This document shows, one piece after another, positions 48,077 through 62,750 of a stretch of DNA of 64,000 nt. The translations under genes were made by a program, and so were the position numbers. The stretch's first letter is position 1, and each line of letters begins with the position of its first letter. The notes under the pieces were generated by a model, which saw nothing but the letters and a program-made list of their open reading frames with translations, ran no database searches and was not told the origin of the DNA. This DNA comes from Basidiobolus meristosporus CBS 931.73 (lineage: Eukaryota > Fungi > Basidiobolomycota), in the NCBI GenBank assembly GCA_002104905.1, contig MCFE01000506.1:1-64000 (forward strand), written 5' to 3'.

Positions 48077-50878
48077 TTATTTCTGTTGAAACTTCAGTTG
48101 TACCTCAACTGTCAATTGTATTGACCTACACAAGTTGCTACACCCTACACTAACATTAAGCCCAACCCCACACTCAACAAGTAACTCCATTAATATCCAC
48201 CACTCAATAAGTATCTCTACTGTAATGCTCTGGTTCCATGACTTTGGCAGAAACCCAATGGCTTTATGCCACTTTTCATTCACTGGTTCCCACATGACCT
48301 GGTCTTCAGCTGGCACTTCAAGGTCTAGCACCTCATTTGCCAGTCTTTGCAATAAATCCTTGCAATATTCCAGTGTGTTTTCTTGAGCACTGCTCTTGAA
48401 GGAGTACTGCAACCTCTTTGTGTGCCTATTAATGTTCCAAAACTCCACTGAAGGCATTGTGATAGTCTTTTGAGCTCCTGAAGTTGTAGTCTTGTATGTC
48501 AGTGGGATCTCCACTCTGTCAACAATGGAGGCTGTGGAGGCTGTGGTAGACAAATTGCCTTTTTCAGCAAACTCATCTATCTTGCTGGAGTGTATCTCAA
48601 CTGGCTGTGCTTCCAACTCATGTGAAAACAGCTGTTTTCTGGTTGGTATTCTTCTTGGTTATGATGGATTCAGTCTGTTCCTGGCTTGCGGTGTTAATTG
48701 GCAAGAACTGCAGTTTTTTTGCGTGCCTCTCTGTCTCAGGCTTGGGTAGACATTTTTCCCTTCACCTTTACCTTTATCACTGCCAGGGCTTTCACTGCTA
48801 CTTTGTCTGAGTACTTCTTGTAAAGAACTATGTTTTCTCCTGGATAATTTCTGCTCTGACATATCTGTTTTGGCCTGCTTCTCCATTGCTGTCACTCTTC
48901 TGGCAACATGACATTTCTTTTCAGCTTGTTTTGAGCTCCCAACTGTAGTTGTGACGGTCTCCTGCAAAGCGGCTGGCTTTTATCACAGCCAGGTCCTTCA
49001 CAGCTACTTTGACTGGGTGCTTCTTGAGTTGTACTACGCTTGTTCCTTGATAAATGTTGAGCTGGTGCATCCATGTCTGCCTGCTTGTCCCTAATTGGCA
49101 CTCTTCCAGCTGCCTGACATCTCTTTGACACTTGTCTGGAGCTTTCAGCCCTGCTTGTAATGTGCTCTTGAAAAAGCCGCTGGCTTTTAGCCATGGCACC
49201 CTTGTTCTTCTGCCTTTGATAGTTTCTGCTATTCTTAAGATACTTTCTTAGCATACCAATGCTGGCCCAAAATCTGCTTGCCTATTTGAATCCAGGATAT
49301 TAGACTTGTTCCATTGGATAGTGCCACATTGAGCCATGAGTGCCAAATGATGCCATAGTGTGCCAGAGAGGCCAAGTGAGCCTCTACCTGGCCACAGAGT
49401 GTGAAACATAGCTCTGCATCTTCATTCAAAGCAGCCCCTGTGTTTCACCCATTGTGTTGGAGAAATTCCATTTTTTGACCTTTTTTTTGGATCAATGTTG
49501 TGCAGGATGTGTTAGAGCACAAGCAGATTGAAGATATGCATCTGGTGCTCAATACCCATGGCACTCTGAATCTAGCTCCTGTAGCTTGTATCATGTCACA
49601 AAAATGAATGGCACTATCTTGGTCCACTGGTACTATCTGGCACTATATTTAAATATTAGCCCTAAAGTAAGATCTATACAAAGCACTTAAAGTGCCAGAT
49701 AGTACCAGTGGACCAAGATAGTGCCATTCATTTTTGTGACATGATACAAGCTACAGGAGCTAGAATCAGAGTGCCATGGGTATTGAGTACTAGATGCATA
49801 TCTTCAGTTCTCCTGTGCTCTTACACATCCTGAGCTACATTGATCCACAAAAAAAGGTCAAAAAATGGATTTTCTCCTGCGCAATGGGTGAAACACAGGG
49901 GCTGCTTTACATGAAGATGCAGAGCTATGTTTCACACTCTGTGGCCAGGTATAGGCTCACTTGACCTCTCTGGCACACTATGGCATCATTTGGCACTCAT
50001 TGCTCAATGTGGCACTATCCAACAGAACAAGTCTAATGCTCATGGAACAAGTCAAGTGCATTCTGCTTGGCCTTGAGTTCCTGATGGTCCCATGGTATGC
50101 CAGCCTTAAGGTGATGGTGTGCTAGACTTCTGATGGCCTCTTGTATATTAGCCCACTCTTCATTATTGCACTCAATGGCTTCATGGATTTTCAATGTCTT
50201 TTGATTTTTAGGCTTTGGTATAAACACCACATTGTCTCTCTCCCATGCTGTGATGGGTTTTTCTGTGGGCTTTATCTTTGGGCACTGTTGTTTTGCTTCA
50301 AAGACTGTATGGTGTTCCTCTGCTGTTACATTGGGAAATGGCTCAACTCTTGGCTGTGACATTGAGCTACTTGAGTTCCTTCTTTGCAGCAAAGATACTG
50401 CTTTCTCCACCTGGGATATTGACTGCTCTACACATTTTATCTGCTCATCCTGTTTCTGGACTATTTCCTGATTTCCCTGGGCCATTGCATCTATCCTATC
50501 AGCCACTGCACTTAATTGTTTCATTAATGCTTTGGTACAAGCTGACAACATACTTGCTAATATGGGTGGTGGTGATGTTATCATGGTCACTTGCTGATCT
50601 TCAACTGAGGGTACTGCGTTTGCTACATTCTCATCTGCTTGCGCATAATGGTCAGCTTGTGGCTCCACAGAGATTCTCAATTGCCTACTTGACTGAGGGC
50701 CTGGGGAGTCTGCATTATTACCTTCAATGGGCACACTGTCCACAGGGCCTTTTTTGCATGTAGCCCTGCTTATTGCACTGAATGTCAAAGCAAGCTGTTG
50801 TCCAACTGTTCTTCTGTTGCCATCAGCAGTGAGATTTGGTTGAGAACCAGACAGCTTTGCTTTATTTTTTGGCGGCAT
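48077..50878 (-). pseudogene. Family A ORF1 (TnpA-position accessory protein, unknown function), split by the palindrome
   Basis: MPPKNKAK...EWANIQEAIRSL..PWDHQE..ALDLFHEH|YPGFK.A.RFWASIGMLRKYLKNSRNY...FWNINRH..KSWNQSIT..EWW; repeated in several copies. Confidence 0.8.
49302..50034. mobile_element. 733-bp palindromic element, second complete copy (spacer in opposite orientation)
   Basis: Same ends and length; flanks ATT/AAT at a host site reading GGATAATGC in other family A copies. Confidence 0.96.
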
Positions 50879-51099
50879 ATATATGGAAGTGAGTCAAACC
50901 AAAGGGGAAATAGTGTTACATATACATGTGTATGTGGTGCAACAACTTTATTTATAATGCTTACTATGGCAGGTCATCATTGAATCTTACCTTCATGTAG
51001 GTGCAATGTCTCAAGTACAAGACTGTCTTAAGTTCACATGAGTATTGACCAAAAGTGATATAATAGTGTTACATTGCTGAAGGTCAAACTGTTTGCCCC

Positions 51100-53786
51100 A
51101 TGGACAAGACTACTTTGACTCAATGCTGTAAGAGAAGAGAAAAAAGACCATGTGGCTATTGTGGCAAGCCTCTCAGCCATGATGCATGTAGACAGTATAG
51201 GAAGTATTACAAGGATCATGGCCAGTGTTTTGCTACCCAAGTTATATTTGACCATTCATTGGCTACTACTGTACTAATATTATCTGGCTGGTCAGTTGAT
51301 ACTTCTATATCAGCACCTGGCTGTCTTTGTCACCTTGCACAAACTAAGTCAGGTGAGTTTATGACACCTTTAGGCTCACCTCAGCCTTCTGAATTCAGCA
51401 CACAGAGTGATAGCTCTGACAAAGAAGGTTCACTGATGGATTTGTGCCTATCTCCCCTAACAACAGTACCACATATGAGGCTGGTCAAATCCCTATATGC
51501 AATGTGACAACACCCATTGAAACAAATGCCAAGGATACTTTATGGAGCCAAGTGAGCCCAGTAATCCATCTACTGGTGAATAATGTAATGTTGTGGCTAG
51601 AGAAGTGGCACATTTCCACTAATATCAGTGATGGGGGCTTTGTGGATTTATTACTACTTCTTGCCAAAATCATTCCAGGATGTAACTTACCATGTACAAG
51701 GTACAAGTGGACAACCATCATGCAGCTGGCAACATATGATCCAGAGATTGTCCTGATTCCAGCATGTGTCAACAGTTGCGTGGCATTCACATCCAAAAAT
51801 GCTACCATTGCAATGTGTCCAAATTGTCAGGAATCCACCACCATTGAGGGAAAAGATTGTTCTCACTCCAGATATATTCCAGTCATACCCCATCTGAGGA
51901 AGCTGGTGCAGTCCAACAAATATTGCAAAGCTGTACAGTACCACACTCAGTATCGATCAAGCACAAACATATCCAATATATTTGATGGCAAACATTGCAA
52001 ACAGCTAAGAAGTAAGGGCTACTTTGAAGGTATGTATGACCATGCCTTTGCTTTAGCACTTAATGGATTCTCAATAAACAAGTACTCTACCAGCAAATCC
52101 TGCTGGCCACTGATTCTCATCAATCTGAATCTGTTACCCATCTTACAGTATCAGAGCAATAATCTGATGGTAGTCCCACTGGTATCTGGGCCTAAACCAT
52201 CACCCAACCTGGATAGCTACCTGTATCCATTACTGGATGAATTTTGTATGCTTTCCAGCATGTAACAGTAAGTGGCTGTCATGTAAGAGCACATATTATT
52301 ATCTGCATTGGAGATGCCCCAGCCATCAGTAAGATAGCAGGTTCTCCCAGGCACAATGGACGGTATTGCTGTTAAATGTATGAGATCCAGGGTATTTACT
52401 CCATAACTCACACACACTATTATTACCCAAATACTAGCACTAAGAACATCATTTTTCCACAGAGAGAATGTACAGAAGTAAGCATGCAATTACAGCAAAG
52501 TTGGCAAGCTATAAGTCATCAGCCAGAATATGGAATCAATTGGAAACCAGATACTTAAGATAGAGGGTATCCATTGGGGTAAAAGCTTTCCACTGGGAGC
52601 AATGCATTTGCTTTTCAACAATATCCCTATACAGACAACCAGTTGTACATGGTGCATTTCAAGCTAAATGAGCCCTTTGAGATACTGGAGAAACTTGAAA
52701 GAATTGGCAAGATATTACAGAGTATCCACTACCCTAAGTACTTCTCACAGGCTCCAATTAATATTCATATGCATATGCATCAATACAAAAGCAAAGACTG
52801 GATGAGCTGGATATGTATTTATTCAAGTGGTGTTCTGAAGCCATTCCTACTAAGAGTACATTAGAAGCATTGGGAGTCATATGTGGACATTGTAGGAATA
52901 TTTATCCAGAAGCAGATCACCAATGCCAACTTGATGCATCTACAGCTGTTGTGTGAGGAGTTTGTGACAGGATTTGAGTGGCTATACTACAAACATAAAG
53001 CTGAATGTGTAGATCTCTGCCACTACTGGATCTATACTCTACTCCATCTTGCACTGTGTGTGGAGAACATCAGGCCTTGCTTGACCTTTTGGAAGTTTCC
53101 TATAGAGAGGATGTGTGTGGAGATAGGAAGACAAGTCAGGTCACAGGTACTACCATATCCCAATCTCATCAAGAATATTACCTTCAAGTCCATCATTGAT
53201 GTGTTGAGTTGGCACATGGAGGACAGCCAGAAAGAGTTGGAAAATACTGAGGACAAATGTGCACATGGAGACACCTATACCCATGGCATTAAGAAGCTAA
53301 GCAGCCCCAATACATGGGTAATTAGTTAAGTAATGAAAAGTTGGGTTGGGTGCAACAAGCAACTAATTTCTATCAGGAAAACTCCACCATGATTTGCCAA
53401 ATTTCTCATGGTCACAAGCCAACTTCTACACCATTCAATAGGGAATTCACACAAACAAAAGCCAGAGTGCACCTATAAGGGGGACTAGAATCCAGCAAGG
53501 AGAAGGAATATATTGGATAAATACCAAGAAGTTCATTGCAGATATTCAGGAGGTGTTCATGGCAGAAGTGGCAACAACCAAGCATACATTTGCAAGATGT
53601 ATATGTTACCAGCAGTACAAGGTATATTGCAACTTTTCAAGTATCACACTAAAAAGCCAAAAAGTTGAGGTGATAGAAGTATGTCAATTGTGGCAGGTGT
53701 GTGCGTTTGTAGAGGTTAGTAAGCAGGTGGCCATAGTTTTTTTTGATTCAAACTATATTTGGAATACCCAAGGTAGTAGTGGGTAA
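51100..53786 (+). pseudogene. CACTA/EnSpm (Transposase_21 / DUF4218-like) transposase, disrupted
   Basis: N-terminal CGYC..LS; CVNSCVAF..CPNC; YIP; IFDG; ALAL(D/N)GF; CWPLILINLNL.P; GPKP..LDSYLYPL.DE; IGD.PA..K..G..GH.G; MH.LF.NI; LLHL..C.EN..P...FW.FP.ERMC.E. Confidence 0.9.
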
Positions 53787-55746
53787 GCAAACAAAGAAAG
53801 GTGATTCTACAGTGGAATATATGAATTGCACAAGGGGAGGTAGAAAAAGGAAATACCATTTGGTAAATTGGTATGGTAGCATTATACAGAACCAGCAGTA
53901 GGCCGTCATACTGCCAATATAATGACATCAGAGTCTTGCTGTGAGGCCATTGAAATACTGTCAGGTTTCTTGCCATATAAGGCAATTGGATGTCCTGGCT
54001 GACTGGATCCACTTAAAATAGTTATAGAGTGCTGAAAGACAGCAACAATACCATGCAAATATTGTCACAGCACCAATAAAATATTGTCAAGTTTTATCAC
54101 TTTATTTGGCTGTAAAGTTAGCAAAACACTGTCATGATCTCATCATAAGATTGTTAAGAGGGTCACTAATTCCAAGCTGCTGTTATTATGACAGTCTCTA
54201 AACAGGATCTTAATGGCTGATCCAGACCGGATCTACCTGTGGGACCAAATTATTTTTCATAGGGTTAATAGCCAATATTAGTCTGATGAAATTAAACTTG
54301 ACTACCAGTACAAAGGTCTTGGTATAGTCAAGTCCTCTTGTTTGAGAGTATCCTTTGGCCACAAGTCTTGCTTTGTATCCTTCAAATGAACCATAAGCCA
54401 TGTATTTCTTCTTGAAGACCCATCTGCATTCAGTTGATTTTAGGTAGATTGGTAACTTGACAAAGCCCCAAGTTTGATTTTCCATCAGGGCATGATACTC
54501 CTCAGTTGTTGCAGATCTCCAAAACTTTGTCTAAGAGCTATTTGGGCCTCTTTTACAGTATGTGATTCATCTATATATACTGAATAGGCATAGTCTAACT
54601 TTGTACACTCATTGATATGGTAATTTGGACTACTTCTGGTGTAGTTGGATCTCCTGGTTTGAGATACTAGAATGATCACCTCTGGGATATTCCTGGCCAC
54701 TGATTTGGGCTGAACCATGGTTTCAGAGTCCCCTGGAGTGAAAAAATTCTCATTGTTTTGCTCTGATTCAATCATGACAATGGGTGGACTTGTGATGAGA
54801 TTTTTTATCAGCATTAGATGTCATTTTTTGTGTAAATTTCAAATTTTTATCAAACAACACATCCCTGGACTTGATCAGCTTCTTTTTTTGGTATTGTAGA
54901 GTCTTTATGTCTTACTTTCATTGCAGTGACCCAAAAATATGCATATTACACTTTTTGGCATTTACTTTGATTGATATCTGAGCCGTTTCTTGGTATATAC
55001 AGTGCACCCAAGTATTCTTAGATGCACTGTACTTGGTTGCATCCATACCATGCCTCAAATGGAGTAGAATCACAAAGTATTCTGTGATTACTTCTATTTT
55101 TAAGGCACACAGCTGCATCAACTGATTCTGTCCAAAAATCATAGCACTATTTTTGATCACAGATCATAGACCCTGCCATATCAGTTATTGATCTGTTTGC
55201 ATATTCTGCTACTCCATTTTGCTGTGGAGTGTGTGGTACAGTAGCCTCTTGCTTATCCTATAAACCTTGCAGAGGCAAATGAAGAGTTTTGCGGTATATT
55301 CTCCACTATTGTCAGAGTTTGCTTTCTTGATTTTTTCACCAATTCCTCTCTCTGCCATGGCTTGAAGCTCCCTGAGCTTAGACAGAGCTTCTTCCTTTCT
55401 TTCCATGGAGTAGACCCATGTGTATCTTGTATAATCATCAAAGAAAGTGATTGAATACTTCATCCCACTAATAGCTATTCAGGATGGCAACTATCACATC
55501 TTCATTAGTAGTTGGTATGCCTGCAGATCCTGTCTCATCCACCAGCAGGGAAATTCTGCTAATTGAATTTTCTTTTTTTTCTCCTGGCAGCATCTCTGTA
55601 GTTAAGAATTTTTGTATGATACATTTTCTTAGCTGATGAACATGACTGATATGTGTCTTCTAATGCCTTCCAAGCATACATTGCTGCTTTTACTCTAGAG
55701 CATGGAATTAGCAATTGGTCTTTGACATTAAAGCAAATGCATTTAA

Positions 55747-56096
55747 TGTTATAAGAGTCATGGAGATATTGGAAGTGATTTGGGAGAACAAGTTGATTAT
55801 GTGGCTTTCACTTAATGATTTATTGAATGTATAAGTAGTATTTATACTTTTTCATGATCTTGGCATAACCAACACATGGAATAGGTTAAGGAAGGTTTGA
55901 AGAACATGTGTGCAAAGTTTGGGGCTGTTTGCACAACTTTGAGAATTTTCATGTTCTGGGTACCTGGTATTTTGGTGAGAATATTACAAGTAAATCCCAA
56001 CAAGGAATTTGATCAGTATTCTCTAGGATATGAAGGTAATGATCTAAGTGACTAAGTTAGGTGAATATCTAGGTGGAAATACAAATTTTTACAACA
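55747..56096 (-). repeat. Family C solo LTR inserted in family C gag
   Basis: 350 bp; flanks TTTAA/GTTAA. Confidence 0.88.
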
Positions 56097-56552
56097 GTTA
56101 AAGGCTCTTTGTTCTTTCTTCTGGTACTTTAAAGCTTCCTCTCCAATGTTTATATGAGGGTGCTATTGTCCCTTGACAATATCCCAAAGGCCTCTTTCTT
56201 GTAGCAGCATCTTCATCTTCACCTTCTACACTTGGGAGTTGGATCCATCCAACCTTCCAGCAGAGGGGAACGTTCCAGTAATAGCAGTAGTAGACATTGC
56301 CAAGAATAACAGCTTGGGACTCATAACCTATTGTAATAGTCTTGGAGTTATTGGAAGTGATTGAGAGAATGAGTAGATTATGTTGTTTTCACTTAATGAT
56401 TTATGGCATACAAAAGTAGTATTTATACTTCTACATGGTCTTGGCAAGATAAGCACATAGAATAGGCCTGGGAAGGTCCCAAGAGCATGTGTGCAAAGTT
56501 TGCAGTTGTTTGGATGACTTGTCTAACTTTTGTATTCTGGGTACCTGATATT

Positions 56553-56884
56553 AGTTGTAAGAGTCTTGGAGATTTTGGAAATGATTGGGAGGACAAGTAG
56601 ATTATGTGGTTTTCACTTAATGATTTATTAAATGTAAAAGTAATATTTATACTTTTACATGGTCTTGGTAGAACAAACATGTAGAGTAGGCTAAGGAAGG
56701 TTCCAAGAGCATGTGTCCAAAGTTTGGGGCTGTTTGCACAACTTTGAGAATTTTCACGTTCTGGGTAACTATTCTAAGTAAATCCCAACAAGGAATTTGG
56801 TCAGTATTCTCTAGTATTTGAAGGTAATGATCTAAGGGACTAAGTTAGGTGAATATTTAGGTGGAATTGCAAATTTTTACAACA
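56553..56884 (-). repeat. Family C solo LTR inserted in a family C LTR
   Basis: Flanks ATATT/ACATT; the outer LTR resumes at ~56890. Confidence 0.82.
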
Positions 56885-57013
56885 ACATTCTGGTGAAAAT
56901 ATCCAGGTAAATCCCAACAAGGAATTTGGTCAGTATTCTATAGAACTTGTAGGTAATAAGCTAAGTGACTAAGTTAGGTGAATATCTAGATGGAGTTACA
57001 AATTTTCACAACA

Positions 57014-57175
57014 TGGACAACTCTGAGAGTTAGCATGTTTGGGTACCTGATATTTTGGTGAAAATATTCCAAGTAAATCTCAACAAGGAATTTGGTCAGT
57101 ATTCTCTAAGATTTGTAGTTTATGATATAAGTGACCAAGTTAGCTGAATATTTAGGTGGAATTGCAAAGTTTTAG
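57014..57175 (-). repeat. Partial family C LTR
   Basis: Matches the middle-to-5' portion of the family C LTR. Confidence 0.75.
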
Positions 57176-57239
57176 TGTAATTACACAAATAATCAGAGTA
57201 TTGGCTGGTTAGGTTCTGTCAAATACATGTAGGCTACAT

Positions 57240-57468
57240 TAGGACTGCTTTAATGCCATATAAACCCTGCAATAAGGCTGTCAAAACACCATCAAGTTTT
57301 GTACTATATTTGGCAGCCAAGGCAGCAAAGCACCATCATGGTCCCACTATGACATTGTGAAGAGGGTCAACAATTCTAAGCTGCGGGCATTACTACAGCC
57401 TCCTTGCAGGATCCTGATGGTAGATCCAGATTGGATCCAACCACAGGACCAAAATATTTTTCATAGGG
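57240..57468. mobile_element. Family A right-end fragment
   Basis: Ends GGACCAAAATATTTTTCATAGGG. Confidence 0.8.
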
Positions 57469-57484
57469 ATTAACACCACTTTTG

Positions 57485-57565
57485 CATTCACCCAATCATT
57501 AAGTGAAAACTGTGTAATCCACTTGTTCCCCCAATCTCATCTAATATCTTCAAAACTCTTACAAA
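57485..57565 (+). repeat. Short 3' fragment of a family C LTR
   Basis: AATCATTAAGTGAAAAC...CTCTTACAA. Confidence 0.65.
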
Positions 57566-58610
57566 ATGGACTAGATTAAGAATCTTGGTCACTGCTGTAT
57601 TTGACTTTAACATTAATCCTATATAAGCTAAATCAAAAGTCACTAGTTGCTAATCTAGTATCTGGTTAAGCAGAAATATTGGGTGCAAGGGCAATACAGA
57701 TGTTAAACTAGACAGGGCTAACAAAAGGTACAAGGCGGATTTTTAAGAGCCCCAAACACTCGATGATTATTAGAGCATATTTAGGCTCAAAGCTTATACT
57801 GCTTTGACACATTTGAAAGAGTATAAACCATGCTGCGTGCGATATGATTTGCAATTGGTAGAAGCAAACCCAAGCATCATTGTGATTTGATCAAGAATTG
57901 TGGTATGGATAGTATGAAGGAGATCGAACTCGACCTGAACTAGTAACAAATAAACGAGCATTGAAATTGTGTAATACGAGCATTTAGATGTAAATCCTGG
58001 AGCGAAATAGGATAATTTTGGGCTGATCTACTCTACTCGCAATCAACGAAGAGAAGCTTCTATATGCGATTGACATGGGGGAATTGGGGCGCAATACGGA
58101 TTTCACACGCTCTCTACTTGAAGCAGAAAGGCAGTCACGTATGACTTCTGGGCGATGGAGTGATCTCTCTACATTGATGGGTGGGGCACTCTAGTAGTAC
58201 GTTGTATTCATCAAACATAATGAGCTGAACGATTGTGCCGTCTAGCCAAGAGCGAAATCCGATGATAACTAGGGATCGGCATTCATCACTGACGTCTGTG
58301 GCATTACCAAAAGCGGGTAGTCGAACTTAATAAACGGTGGATGTTACGATGTGGGACTGGATATGGAATAACCTGATGACGCAGTTCTTCCAGATCCATT
58401 GTCTCTCGAGCAAACAGGTGAATCATAGAGCTAATTAGACTGGCAGCAGGCTGTGGATCATTGGAATTTTGAATACCAAAAGCAAGGTGCACAGCGTACC
58501 TTGGGCATCCATCGTTTTTTTTCCTGATCCAATTTTATGACTGGTGGACACCGCATATAAAGATCACGCGTGGTGCGTCTTGATGCAAGATAAACTCTCT
58601 TCAACCCAAT

Positions 58611-60905
<2,295 letters not shown>

Positions 60906-61350
60906 AGAAACAGGTAGTGCGAAGAGATGGATGCCCGAAAAACGCCTAGCCACCATCCCCCCCCCGAAAAAAAATCACTGGTAAAGGTGAGATCTGCCCG
61001 TACTTCTTCATCTGTACATAGATCGGACTTTTCCCATTCCAACCTACCCATAACCCATGCATTCAGTGCTCTTCTTGTACAAACCAAACCGCGATATAAG
61101 GATATTTTTGAATTGCAACTAATCACACAAACGTCGAAGTTGATGTAATTTATGTAGTAACTGGAATAAAATACGGTTCATGCCGAGTGTTAGTACGTCA
61201 TGGGGGCCGGGTCGAGGGTGAGGGTGAGGACGAGGATGAGGACGAGATTCATGAATAAAAAATTTGTCTCCCGAAATCTATTTATCCAACCACCATACTG
61301 AAACCAGTCCTACGCTTCAGTAATCATACGATAAGCTACCACCGCCCAAC

Positions 61351-62584
61351 ATGAACCAGTGCACGAAGAGATTATTGGTCGTTGGTGGGACCGGCTTCTT
61401 AGGTGGGGTTCAGTATTAGCTACGGTGACCAAACGCTTTCCTCAAGTGAGACTCACGACGGTTGACTTGACTGAATTGCATAGGCCTAAATATCTGCCGT
61501 TCCGCCACCCTTAGGGGCTGGAAAGTGACCAGTTTGAGGTGGGTTTCTGTTTCGTCTCGAGAGTCGGCAGCCTCGCAAGCCACTAAGCCCGCTTGGTTTC
61601 TTTAGTCGCAGCGGAAAGCTCAAGCAGGAGAAGGAAGAGCCGACGCCCGAATGGGTCAGCAAGGTGAGAGGTTTCGGCTCGCCCCATTCCCCGCACCAGC
61701 TCGGTGGCCAACGTTTCTCCGACAGGTAGATTGGGCTCAAGGGGATTCCCTTCAACCCGAGAGCTACAGGGACCTCTTGAAGGATTGCACCAGTGTGGTT
61801 CACACGGTTGGTATCCTGATGGAGAACAATTACAAGAACATCGTCCGAAGCAACAACCCACTCGCCGCCTTGATGAACAACCTGGTCGACTGTAACAAGC
61901 AAGAGGCGAACCCATTCAAGCGCTCTAGCACACCCACCCGACAGAGCACCTCTCCCGACACCAACACCTACGAGCGAATGAACCGGGACACAGGTACGTT
62001 CTCTCCCCCTCTTCTCGACCACTAGTCGCAGTGTTCCGTCGCCCTTGCTGACCCCCTCTAACCGCCTAGCTGTCATGCTTGCCAACGAGGCAGCCATGCA
62101 CGACAACATCCAAACGTTCGCCTACATCTCGGCCGCCGATGTCTTCCCCTTCATCGACAAGAGATACATCTCCACCAAACGCGACGCCGAAGCGGAGATC
62201 CAGGCACACCCGGAGTTTCGATCGATCATCCTCCGACCTGGTAAGTAGATCCAGCACGATAGGCGAGCACTTCCTGTCAAGGACCCCTCCTTTCTCCTGA
62301 ACCTGAACCTGAACCTGACCCCGATCCTCTGACCACCAGGATTCATGTACTCCGATCACCGACCATTCACTGTCCCATTCGCGGGCGCGTTGGGTTTGTT
62401 TGGTCAATTCACGAAGAACCTCCGAGAGGACGTGGACTACGGCCTGCTCACCTCCCACCTGAAGAAGCTGGGGACCAGCCCGCTGCGTGTGGAGACTGTC
62501 TCCGAGGCGGTAGTGACCGCGTTGGAGAGACCTACGGTGAAGGGGGTGTTGAATGTACCCGAGATCCTCGAACTCTCCCAATGA
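61351..62584 (+). CDS. COQ11: NAD(P)-binding Rossmann/SDR protein, Coq11-like, 282 aa
   Basis: Exons 61351-61402, 61484-61538, 61606-61663, 61726-61993, 62070-62240, 62340-62584 (849 nt). VVGGTGFLG.NIC..A..RGW.V.SLSRSG, VVHTVGIL.E..YK, YISA, Y..TKR.AE, LRPGFM. Confidence 0.8.
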
Positions 62585-62750
62585 ATAGAATAAAGGCAGC
62601 ATCCAAGCATGGATCGGATTGGATTGAACTGGCTAGGATATGGACACACAGATAGCGTGTGGGACGGTGGCGTGATGGTCAAGGTCAAGGTCAAGGGTTA
62701 AGGTTACGAATATGAATGGATATGATTTATTCCAGATTGAATCACAAAAT

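Larger units (their letters stand above)
47748..54264. mobile_element. Full-length family A CACTA/EnSpm-type transposon (most complete copy)
   Basis: TIRs CCCTATGATAAAC / TATTTTTCATAGGG; flanks ATA/TTA; two divergent ORFs. Confidence 0.93.
54265..57013 (-). mobile_element. Copia family C element (5' LTR, PBS, gag, IN, RT start) with two nested LTRs
   Basis: Outer 5' LTR 56329-56552 plus 56890-57013; PBS GGTTATGAGTCCC (56316-56328); LDGSN..KMKMLLQERGLW; ITFFDDYTRYTWVY; [12 protein letters not shown]. Confidence 0.88.

Noticed and set aside
58260-58430. C/D-box-like words (GATGA, TGATGA, CTGA)
   Set aside because: Spacing and terminal stems do not fit a snoRNA.
58304-58510. Possible small gene divergent from DED1 (MPK|PAASLISSMIHLFARETMDLEELRHQ...)
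   Set aside because: The donor looks good but the branch site is weak, the product is only about 54 aa, I could not extend it in frame, and I recognise no homology.
61209-62707. Degenerate hexamer runs (GAGGGT/GAGGAC ~61209-61246, CCTGAA ~62296-62319, GGTCAA ~62677-62707)
   Set aside because: Short non-coding microsatellites with different units; no evidence of function.
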